A DNA stretch of 64,000 nt, taken from Octopus sinensis. Its lineage: Eukaryota. The stretch is from the NCBI RefSeq assembly GCF_006345805.1, contig NC_042998.1, positions 192,076,001-192,140,000 of the forward strand, read 5' to 3'. This document shows positions 52,837 to 64,000 of this stretch, in pieces; positions within the stretch are counted from its first letter, which is position 1; the number at the start of each line of letters is the position of its first letter. The position numbers were made by a program, and so were the translations under genes. The notes under the pieces were generated by a model. That model did not search any database. It saw only the letters and a program-made list of their open reading frames with translations, and had not been told where the DNA came from.

Positions 52837-55800
52837 CCGCACCTCTCTAGGACATTTTCACATTATTTCTTGAACGTGGAGAACTTCAGAACGCACAAAT
52901 AAAAAAAAATCTAGCTACCTTTTTAGCATTTAGCTTGAAATTGTAAAATTTCCCCTAAGGCATATTATTTTTACTATCGTGTCCCCCTAATGACACGAAG
53001 GTATGAGAAACATGGTAAAAATTTGAAGAAAGTCGAAATGTTTATAACTATAAAACGGTGCTAGCAAAATATCACATATACGAATTATATACAAAAAATT
53101 TTGCCATAAATTGAATAGTTCTATAGAACTATTTTGCCATAAATTGAATAGTTCTATAGAAGAACAATATCATACATTTTGATCAAAACAATACTAGATT
53201 ATAACTTCGACAAACTAACTGTAATATAAAACGTATGCAAACTGCATGCTGCAAACGGGCAAGTAATTTTAAAATGCAGCAAAATAGGCTTATAAATATC
53301 CCCTAATATCTAACTCTGTTTTGACAATTAATCTTGCTCAACGCATTACAGAAATTTTAATCCATAGGTGTACTGTTATAATGTAGAGTCTGTTAAGATA
53401 TATATAAGAGCTTTAGCGCTTCTATAGAAAAAATGACATGACCGGTCATTGTCGCTAAAGTATACATCATGGAAATTCTTAAGGCAACCAAGAACATTGT
53501 GCATACGATTATATGCTGCATTAGAAAGAGAAATCAAGTCACTTGTAAATATTAGCAGTATAGAGGCAGGCTTGGCTGTATTATTAAGAAGGTCACAATC
53601 AAGTTAATTTAGCATTCGATCTCAGTGATTGGTTCTTCGGCCAAATGCGTTCTTCTATAATTTAGGTTTGACTAATTCCTCGTAAGTTCGCAATTTAGGT
53701 AAGTTCGTATTTCGTGAGGAGAGAATTTTGACGGTTTCAGCCAAACCAACAGCCAAACACTCTGTCAAACTGTTTACGGAATCTGATTTACAATTACTGA
53801 GTACGTACATAACTGACTATCTGAAAGATATAATTTTGTTTTCTGAACTTTGACCTTGTTCTGTCTTTCAGTTAAAATTTGTTAGTATTACAAAATTAGT
53901 TTTGCTGCTGTCGGTACTTCTAGTATTATTTTTAGTATTGTTATTGATAATATTGTTTGTATTTTTAATTGTTCATACTGATCCTGCTGTTATTGTTTTC
54001 ATTCCCATCAGTACTTCCACGATTGTTACTATTTTCATTGCTTAGATGCTGTTTAGAGAAGGTTAGCCAGATCAAGAAGATCAGTTAAGGAAAGCCTCCC
54101 AAACATGAATATATAGTCTTTTATTTGTTTGCATATAGCATATTTAGGACTAGATTTTATTATATGTTCTTCCCATTTTCTTAGACCGTATGGTATTATT
54201 TGAGGGAGATGTAGCGGCTATATCTTCCAGGTCAAGCAACCGTGTAGATGCTTTATCAATAGGTTGCTACTTCTGTTGCTCTTAGTAAATGTTGTTCTTC
54301 ATTTCAGGTTCCCCCAGTCCACTCAGCTGCCGAAAATAGGTAATCCTGAAACAGACCCGTATCCCGTCCAAGACAGAAGGTATACGTCACAGAATCTGGA
54401 AAACCGACCTTATCAGCCATTGACTCAGGAACGACCTTTGATTCTTTGACTTCTTTGTCACTAATAATGGTCTTGTTTGTCTTACTGACCTCGTCTACGT
54501 TGCTATTTGGCATATCATTAACATTGTTTCACTATTTCCCTCCCATCGCTGATAAAAGACGACCACTATTCTCATTAAAGGAAAATTTTGGAATCATTTC
54601 TAAGCAATTTGCTTATCTTGTCGTGAAAGACGGTTTAAGTTTGTCGTGAAAGGCAATTTAAGTTTGAAATTTGAAGTTGGCGAGAATATCCTTCTCTCAA
54701 TCTTACAATGAGTTATGTTTATATCTCGTGTCTTAATATTATAAATGTAATACATTTATTGAACTTTTAAGACCAAATGTATTCATCAAAGAAAGATTGG
54801 ATCTATTCCCCACGCAGGAAAGGGAGAAGGAATAATGCCGCTCACAATCTTCCTCGGGTTATTAACGGAATAAAGAACTTTGTCCCCGACAAAATGATTG
54901 ATTGCTAAAAATAAATTATATCAAAAATATACCGTTTGTTCTGTTACAATGACACTAAAATTGATTATTTCGGGAAATTCAAATAGATTTCATAATTTAG
55001 TAGAAACAAATAAGTTAAAAGGCAATTTTAAACCAACTCAAACAAGTAGCAGAAAAATATAAGGTGATCACTGTTTTACACCTGCAGAAAATTGTGCTTA
55101 ACAGCAATAAAACAGACAGAAAATAGAATTAGGAGAAATAAGTACTGATATAAAAACTTCTAAATGAAGTAGTTAAGATACTTGAAGTCTAGTCATTTTA
55201 TAATCTTATCTTCATAAAAATAGAATGTTGAAAGGCGTATCCTAATGTTGTTTTTCTTATTTGCCCCGCTGTTATCAATAACATAAAATTAGAAGATGAA
55301 GAAAAGCTTATCTTTTATGAGGTACAGGTGCTTCATTACAATAACTCAGAAATCTGGCCTTTTATCAGCATCTGATTGTGATGTCGGATAAAAAGTCAAC
55401 TTCTAAAGTATAAGTCCCTTGTGGTTAAATTGTATAAAATGGTTAAAGTTTTTCTTTGCATTCTAATATTACCTTCACGTTACGGTATGATACCCATCTT
55501 TAGGTTTTTTGTTTTAAATCTTAAAGAAAAATCCAATGAAAATTATTAACAAAGCTAGTCTCTCTGCTTTCTCTCTTTCACTTTTCTCAGCCTTCGGTAA
55601 AGTTTACCAGATAAGCAAATGTGTAGATTGAAAACAAACAGAAATCCACCCTCTTCAAATCTGTGGTATTTCTCATGAGGAGAATTGTAAAGTTATGCCA
55701 GGTTATAAAGTGAATCAGATCATAAAGCTCACCGAAAGTTAGCCAGATAATACATAAAAACCCTAACTAAACAGTAAAGGTCACTAGGATAATTGGTATT

Positions 55801-56073
55801 ATTCCACTATAGACAGATTCCTTAAATATCTAAAATATATGTTGTGAACAGAAGCGCCAGATAAACGGTGTAAAAATACGTTCAAATATTTTGCTGCTTT
55901 CTTTTATATCCCTTTATGTTGGGTGATCAAATCCTGATGTACTTTTCAATTGCAACTTTGTGCGCAATACAATATTTGTCAGGTGCTGGTATATACTAAA
56001 TCAGTTATTCAAGATCCAAAACACTTTGGATTTGCGCTGTAACATATGTGTGTGTGTGTGTGCGAATTTATGC

Positions 56074-56110
<37 letters not shown>

Positions 56111-56112
<2 letters not shown>

Positions 56113-56272
56113 CGTAGAAGTGGCTGTGTGGTAAGTAGCTTGCTTACCAACCAATGGTTCTGGGTTCGGTCCCACTGCGTGGCACCTTGAGCAGGTGTCT
56201 TTTACTGCAGCCTCGGCCTGACCAAAACCTTGTGAGTGAATTTGGTACACAAAAACTGAAAGAAGCCCGTCG

Positions 56273-56303
<31 letters not shown>

Positions 56304-56523
56304 ATCTTTGTGCGTCTGTGCTTGTCCCCCCCCCCCAAACATCGCTTGACAACCGATGCTGGTGTGTTTACGTCCCCGTAGCTTAGCGGTTCGGCAAAAG
56401 AGACCGATAGAATAAGTACTAGGCTTTTAAAGAATGAGTCCTGGGGTCGATTTGCTCGACTAAAAAGCGGTACTCCAGAGGGCCACAGTCAAATGACTGA
56501 AACAAGTAAAAGAGAGTAAAGAG
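56111..56523 (+). mobile_element. SINE family A
   Basis: Full head to tail. Confidence 0.9.
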
Positions 56524-56545
56524 TATATATATTATATATATATAT

Positions 56546-56577
<32 letters not shown>

Positions 56578-56799
56578 GTATGTGTTTATATATGAATCCA
56601 TGTATGTATATAAAGTAATAGTTCAATTATAATAAAAACATTTGCCCAATAATCTGAAGGATTACTTCATACTTCAGCAGGAATAATATTGACAGTGACT
56701 TAGGCGTTTCAGTCAGTCATGCTATCATCAGATCATCGGACTGTCCAATGATTGCTTAACTAGCCAAAATTTCGAAGGTACCGTTAATATTACTCTTAT

Positions 56800-56838
<39 letters not shown>

Positions 56839-56892
56839 TATAATAATAATAATGGCGAGAAACGGAAGAAAATTTGAAGAAAGAAGGAAAAA

Positions 56893-56936
<44 letters not shown>

Positions 56937-56990
56937 TATAATAATAATAATGGCGAGAAACGGAAGAAAATTTGAAGAAAGAAGGAAAAA

Positions 56991-57049
<59 letters not shown>

Positions 57050-57220
57050 CGAGAAACGAAGAAAATTTGAAGAAAGAAGGAAAAAATATAATAATAATAA
57101 GAAGAAGAGAAGAAGAAGAAGAAGAAGAAGAAGAGAAGAAGAAGAAGAAGAAGGAGAAGGAGAAGAAGAAGAAGAAGAAGAAGAAGAAGAAGAAGAAGAA
57201 GAAGAAGAAGAAGAAGAATT
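56800..57220 (+). repeat. (AAT)n/(GAA)n array carrying three ~40 bp Dong-like 3' termini
   Basis: GGCGAGAAACGGAAGAAAATTTGAAGAAAGAAGGAAAAAA at 56854, 56952 and 57049 (shortened), each followed by (AAT)n. Confidence 0.85.
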
Positions 57221-58050
57221 AAGTGGTTGCCATTAAAGTCAATCTATGAGACCAACAAACTGAACATCTAAACCCAAAATAAGGATAATAGAAGAGGCGC
57301 TAACAGAAACGGGGTCAATCATAAAACATTAGAATATGATGAGCTATAGTGACTAATTATGGCTGAAGTGTACAGAAGATGGATTGAAAGATTGAAATTC
57401 ATTGAATTATATCAATTTTCTTCTCATAAAAAGTGGCACAGAAAAAGAAGAAGAGAGCGAACAGTTTGTTAATGAGACTTCACTTGAAATACAAACTTGA
57501 AAATAGAAATAGTGGAGGTAAAAATTAAAAAACGAAAACAAAAGGAGATGAGGGATTAAATAATGACAGATAAAGATTAAAAACTTACAAAATATTTGTT
57601 GAACATTCTTATTACAGATATGAACACGCAAGGAAAAAACACTGAAAAATGCAAAAATGATATAAAAATTGTTCAAAAATAACCCAAACATTTTTTACAG
57701 GAAGATAGAGAAAATACCAGATACAATAAAGTCTGTCCCATCAATAGAAGAAGTGCAGGAATTTGGGCCGGAGAAAACACATACAATAAAAACGGTCCCT
57801 TGGATTGATAGGATATCTACAAACTTATAACCCTTAGATGAGCAAAAGTGGGTGGGGGGGGGTATCAAGGTAGAGGATGTGAGATCTGTACTCAGGAAGT
57901 CAAGCAAATGGAAATCGCCAGAAAAGGATAAAATTCCTAACTTCTGGGTGAATTCCTTCCCGAGAGCCATGAACTGCTAACAAAACTTTACAACAATATT
58001 TAGCAACAACCTAGTATGATTCCCTCTTAGCTAATTAATGGTGTTATATT
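57220..58050 (+). pseudogene. Degenerate R4/Dong-type LINE fragment (pre-RT and RT start)
   Basis: KLFKNNPNIFYRKI..PSIEEVQEF, EDVRSVLRKSSKWKSPEKDKIPNFW, HELLTKLYNNI..PSMIP..LINGVIFL. Confidence 0.82.
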
Positions 58051-59745
58051 CCTACGTGAGGATGTATGTATGTATGTATGTATGTATGTATGTATGTATG
58101 TATGTATGTATGTATGTATGTATGTTTGTATGTAATTGCTTATATCTATCATTCTATATGTATACTTCGGATCGAGCTGGATGGCGAACAAAAGTGTGCA
58201 GTAGAGTAACATTTCTAATTGATGACGCGGAGCTTGGGATAATTAGGAAGGAATAAAGAGTCGTACCATCGTGTTGACGTGATAAAGAATTAGGTCATTG
58301 ATGAATTTAGATTAAAAAAAGTGGAGGGGAAAAAGCATGAAGCATCAGATTGCTTGAGTATGAAGCAGAAAGATCTCCGTCAATTCCATAATAGTACGAT
58401 ATGATAAGAGCCGTAAATCTAAATCAAAACTACAGACGGGATATGAAAGTAAAACAAAAGCGATTGAAAACAAAGACACAAACATTCGAATTCACGCATA
58501 TTCTTTCTAGCTTTTGTCTGAGCTGGAAAGAAGAGGAACAGAGAGATAAAGAAAAAGCGCTGTGAATCTTCACATATTCCCCTATATATAAGTATATGTA
58601 CTTTGAAAACATGAATAGAAATGGCTTTTCTGATAATTTTGCCACTTTAATAATTAGATGTTTATAAGCTTACAAAAGGTGACTGTGACAGGAGGTTTTC
58701 GCTTAAAAGCAGTTTTCAAACTGATATTTTGGAGTTTGTTATACGTATATGTGCGTATGTGTTTAAATGTAGGGCTTGAACTTAGAATACAACGATGGAT
58801 TACAAAATATCTCAAGAGAAGTAGCTGTCCCTGTCATCACAATTTGAACTTACCTTTCACACACTATAGTGATGACAATTTATCATATATTACAATCACT
58901 GTTAAATGTGAAAAACAGTGTAACAATAATAACTGTGACAATGTACTTTAATCCCTCTAAAATAGATAATGTACCAGCCATGAAATAGCGATAGTTCAAA
59001 AGCCTATGACAATCTCCTACGCACTAATACCATTTAGTAATACGACGAAAGAACATTATCTGTTCTGCCATTGAAATGTATTATCAATGCTTCTTCCGAT
59101 GAAATACGTTTAACATTTTAATGCTGTAGGCAACCCAGATTTTAAGACAAAACATATTGGAATCTATATGTTATATCCTATATATCCTATATCGTACTAA
59201 TAATTCTAAATATTTTTCATAAATTCATTATTTTGTAACGAAGCATTGCTTTGTTAATGGATGTTCTCTTAACGATATATAGGTTATACAGTGCATGACA
59301 GAAATAACACAGAAATAAAGTCTCGAAATAGCTACAAGTTCTAGGCGTGTCTATCCAACACCACCGCCACCACCACATGTCTAAGTTGTGTTTCATAGAG
59401 TTCTGTATCAGAAATGTATGTATGTATGTATGTACGTATGTGTGTATGTATGTATGTAAGTATGTATGTACGTATGTGTGTATGTATGTATGTAAGTATG
59501 TACGTATGTGTGTATGTATGTATGTATGTATGTATGTAATGTATATTTGAGTAGTTGAATGAATTATCTTGTTATGGATAATTCGGTTAACCGATACCTG
59601 GGTAGCAAATTCACATCAGAGAAGACACGTTTGAAGTTACGTGCTTTCGTGTGGAAATTTGTATGTTTTTTTTTAAATATAAATATATGAAAGAATGGAG
59701 TTGAACGACGAATTAACAAAATTCGTCGTTCAAATCCATTCTTTC

Positions 59746-59778
<33 letters not shown>

Positions 59779-59904
59779 TGTATGTATGTATGTACGTATG
59801 TGTGTATGTGTGTATGTGTGTATGCATGTATGTATTATCTATGTATGTATGTATGTATGTATGTATGTATGTATGTATGTTTGTATGTAAGTGCTTATAT
59901 CTAT

Positions 59905-60335
59905 CATTCTATATGTATACTTCGGATCGAGCTGGATGGCGAACAAAAGTGTGCAGTAGAGTAAAAGATTTTGAGGAGGCCAGGAAAACATACGCAAGAT
60001 TTAAGGGAGATTTAAAGAAGAATGTTGCGATCGAGAAGTTGAATCTCCATGACATTTTTCGTGTGCACACCTTGTTTCAGACCATGCCTTTCTTTTGCTG
60101 GGCTCAAATTTTATTTGCAGATCCATGAAAAACAAACCTCCATCAACTATTCTACCTACATATCTGTGCACACCTTTCAATGCTGCGTATGCAATAAGGT
60201 CTGAAAAATCTAACGGAGGCCTCAAAAGACATTTTAAGATCCACAAAGATCAGAACTTAACTGCAGCTTTTGGTGGTCAAAATCGGATATGCGATATGAG
60301 TATCTTTTCAATACATTGTTGCCACACCAGACACC
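59905..60335 (+). mobile_element. RTE-type LINE 3' fragment
   Basis: SDRAGWRTKVCSRVKDFEEARK followed by a decayed C2H2-like finger (C..xN...KSNGGLKRHFKIH). Confidence 0.7.
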
Positions 60336-60461
60336 ATGGTAGATCTAAGGTACAAGAGGTAGCCAAACTCTGTATAACGGATAGACAACTACCATGTATG
60401 TCTGTATGCATGTATGTGTTTGTGTATATACAAAAATGAAGTATACACACACACACACACA

Positions 60462-60499
<38 letters not shown>

Positions 60500-60521
60500 A
60501 CACACATATATATATATATAT

Positions 60522-60715
60522 ATAGACGAGGTGCTTTCGAAAAGTATCCGACTTATTTTTTCCTGTCCAACTAAGGCCGCGTGGGCAAAGTCCTTTGGGT
60601 GGAAGGTGATGCCACCCTTCCTGTGCACGCATGAAAATTTTCGCGCCGGTAGACTTCATCAGTTCCTGGTTGTTACGGCTAGAGTACAGATGTGTAGTGC
60701 AAGAGTCTAGGGCTT
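60522..60715 (+). mobile_element. mariner-like 5' terminus remnant
   Basis: TA-GACGAGGTGCTTTCGAAAAGTATCCG resembles a mariner TIR, next to (TA)n. Confidence 0.5.
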
Positions 60716-61846
60716 GCTATTTATCAAATTTCAATCTTTCTAGTTATATATCTCACTATACCGGCACTGTATCAGAAATGAAATGTTGACTTAGATGATA
60801 GTCAAGAACATTTGCCTTTATTTGACGACATTACATCCAGCACTATCACTCCTCAGATCACGATGCAAAATTCATTTTGACAAACCCCAACGTATTCTAA
60901 TCATACTGACGGCAATGCTGCCTTTCGTCCCCGGGAATCGATAAAATAATGTACCAGTTGATGTAATCGATTACCCACTTCTATTCAAAATGTGTGCCCT
61001 TATCACTAATTCAGAAACCATCAGTGGAGGAAGACATGGAAACATGCGTGAAGATGATAAAATAAGCATGACCGGCAACATAAGCCAAGCTCTTTGATTC
61101 TCTCGCCATTGCTTATAATATACTGCGCCATCAGAACATTCCCCATTAATTTTGACAAATATCAGTTCATGGTACTCGAGTACAATTTTGAATATTGAAT
61201 AGATATTTGGCAACAAGAGTAAAGAAGTGTTCTCTGCTTGTTATGTCAACTACTTTGGATTCCTCCTAAATCTTGCTACCAAGACTACAATAAGACACTC
61301 AAGTACTCTGCAGTGCCCTAGAAAGTATTCAGAGCCTCTATAATTTTCGAGTTCAAATGTCAACATACTGCAGTGAGCACGAACACATTCAATATAGTGT
61401 CTAAAAATACTTCGACATAGATGTTAGCCTGAAAATCAGATAATTAATTTTTGGTTAGTAAGAAAATATAAGGATGTTTATTTGCAAGCTACAACTAATC
61501 AGGAACAAAATCTTTTGACAAAATATACATATAATACCATGATTGCAATATAGACGGTTTTAATATAGTACGATATTATATTGTTGACTTACAGTTAGTC
61601 TTGAAGATTAATTTTATTTCTTACATCTTCATATTTATTGGTGCTAATTTTCACTACAACTCACAAATGAGATTGTATCTATACTTCCAACTCGATTGCC
61701 TTAAGAAAACCGCAGTAACGCAAATTTATTGATGGAATAATGGTAAGAAGATACTCGATTGTTTACGCATAGTATGGTACGAAATTAATTGTCTATAATT
61801 CTAGACCCTTAATAACATTTACAGTAAGAACTTCAAATTTGCTTAT

Positions 61847-61925
<79 letters not shown>

Positions 61926-62587
61926 CATCCTAGATAACGTTCTTTTCATTTACATATCTTGAATCTTTGCAAACTTAATTTCCAGAGATTGGTGTAAACA
62001 ATTTACATCAGAAGTATTTTTTTCATTGAGCTTATTTATTTATTTATTTATTTTTCATATGATACCTATCTTTGCCTCTGGCAGAATGATAAACATTTTC
62101 TTCGTGAATTATTGACTGCTTTAATCTGCAAGAATCAATCTTAGTATGTTTATCAAGAAAGGCTCCTTTTCAGAATATGTTATACAAGAGAGAGAGAGAG
62201 AGAGAAAATATCTTGAGTAAATATAAAAATAAAAGATGCTTTTCTGACATGGCACAAAATATGAATAATATAGCTGAACAATACTGACACCTAAGCGATT
62301 TTACTATGCGAAATCATTTTGGATTTACCGTCACTTGACTACTTTGCAAATAGATAACATTATTAATTTCAAAACGTATTTTGTTAATAATACATTATAA
62401 GTATTTTAAAGTATCTATAGTAGACAACGGGGATAATACGTTTTTGGTACAAAACTATTTACAAAATTCCATTCTGTTTTGGTGTTTCTTTTCGTATGCT
62501 TAGATAGTGTAAGGGCAAACAATGTACCGTTGCATTTCAGATTGGTTCCAAAAGTACAACATTTACCACATCGAAGTCTATAAAAGA

Positions 62588-62750
62588 ATTTGACTGAATC
62601 GTTAGCAGGCCGGACAAAGTGTTTAGCATCATTTCGTCCGTCTTTACGTTCTGAGTTAAAAATTCCGCCGAGGTTCATTTTGCTTTTCATCATTTCGGTT
62701 CAGTACCAGTTACGCACTGAGGTCGATGTAATCAACTTGCCCCAATTTCA
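62588..62750 (+). mobile_element. Diverged SINE-B-related copy
   Basis: GAATCGTTAGCAGGCCGG..GTTCTGAGTTAAAATTCCGCCGAGG..GTACCAGTTACGCACTG. Confidence 0.75.
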
Positions 62751-62766
62751 GTCTATAGAAGAAAGG

Positions 62767-64000
62767 ATTATTATTATATTATTATTATTATTATTATTCC
62801 TTTTTTTTTTCTTCTTTCAAATTTGCTTCCATTTCTTGCCGAGTGTCTTCCCGACTCCTAGGGCAAAGAAACTCATAGTATACATTGGTAGGCCATTAAA
62901 CCAAACTCAATAGTTCGTTCATTTTTATCATTTTTTTTTTTAAGTTAAATTAAAATACATGAGCAGCAACAGTTCTCACATCGTCAATGCTCTTCTCAAT
63001 ACGTGTGATGTACCAGTTAAGACAATCTTTTGCACTTCTTGCAGGGATGGTAAGCCAGGGATCATTCTCATATAATTTTCGGTTCCCTTCTTGATCATTC
63101 CTAGTGCTCCTACGATCACTGGTATTGTAACCGCCTTGAGATGCCACATTTTCTCAATTTCAATGAGTAGGTCTTTATATTTTCTGAGCTTGTCAAACTC
63201 TCTCGCTGAGATATTATGATCGCAGGGGATGCTCATGTCGATCAATAAGCAAACTTTATTGTTTTGGTCTTTCACAACAATATCTGGTTTATTGGCCTTG
63301 ATGGTTCGGTCTGTATGTACTGGAAAGTCCCACAGAATGGTTACATTTTCTCCTTCAGTTACAGCCTCAGGGTGGTGATTATACCACTTGTCGGCAGTTT
63401 TGATATTGTAATGCCGACTTATTAGCCAGTGTAGATATTGGCCAACTCTGTCATGTCTTAATTTATACTCCACTGGAGCTAAGACTTTACATCCAGAGAT
63501 TAGGTGGTCCACTGTTTCAATCATGTCGTTGCAGAATCGGCATTTTGGGTCTACTCCATTTTTCATCACATTGGCCTGGTAGTTCCGGGTTAATAGGCTT
63601 TGATCTTGAGCAGCCAGGATGAAACCTTCGCTCTCTGCTTTTAGCCCTGAGCTCCGTAGCCACTGATGGGTTTGCTTCTGGTCAACATCAGCTTGTTTGC
63701 TGCGGGTCACCTATTTGCCGTGCAGAGGTTTCTCCTCCCACCTATCAGCCAATTGCTCGTGCGCTTTTTTCGTTGCCATTATTTTCACCTTTTTTGCAAC
63801 AATAATTGCCGTACTTCCCTCGGGTTGTTCTGTTTGGGTATCCTGCACGAGATCAATAGCAAATTTTTTGCTTTCCTTTATAATAGAATGAAGCTTCTTT
63901 CGTCTCTCGTTATTTTCCACGAGCTTTAGCATCCAGTCATTCGATATTTCGAGATATTTGGCCAGTCCAATTGTGGTTGTTTTGTAAGCTAGTTCAAATT
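62767..64000 (-). mobile_element. R4/Dong-clade RLE non-LTR retrotransposon, 3' part (continues beyond the window)
   Basis: One reading frame from the window edge to 62976 with a single in-frame TAG at 63711-63713; CCHC knuckle (CRFC..HLISGC), RHD motif, KPDIVV..LIDMSIP..K restriction-like endonuclease; 3' UTR ending in an A-rich tract plus (TAA)n. Confidence 0.95.

Noticed and set aside
53099-53160. 33 bp duplication with a 20 bp palindrome AATAGTTCTATAGAACTATT
   Set aside because: It is a typical small template-switch product with no sign of function.
54304-54649. Overlapping ORFs of 61-69 aa with protein-like composition
   Set aside because: No recognisable domain or consistent splice and phase solution was found; left unassigned.
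56950-57222. Poly-N/E/K ORF
   Set aside because: It is a product of (AAT)n and (GAA)n repeats plus Dong stubs.

Overview
Very AT-rich, microsatellite-saturated eukaryotic genomic DNA, most likely from a coleoid cephalopod (Octopus-like). That attribution rests on my recognition of the SINE families and is not verified. I can identify no host gene. Almost all long ORFs in the track are microsatellite translations, and only a few unassigned candidate exons have good splice signals. The window is dominated by mobile DNA: three tRNA-headed SINE families, degenerate mariner transposases, a Helitron Pif1 helicase fragment plus two non-autonomous Helitrons, R4/Dong-type, CR1-type and RTE-type LINE fragments, and fold-back MITE-like elements. 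There is one 100-N gap. The most interesting observations are four. (1) Two related ~190-200 bp elements sit in (TA)n tracts and carry minimal type-I hammerhead ribozyme motifs (five copies; one family has a non-canonical CUGUNGA core), resembling Penelope-like pLTR/retrozyme units. (2) A (TA)n-flanked element family has interiors driven to ~18% GC or lower while CpG is retained (hand-counted CpG O/E about 2.3), suggesting non-CpG hypermutation. (3) There is a ~255 bp near-perfect palindrome. (4) Tandem minimal Dong 3' ends lie in a (TAA)n tract. All counts and alignments were done by eye.
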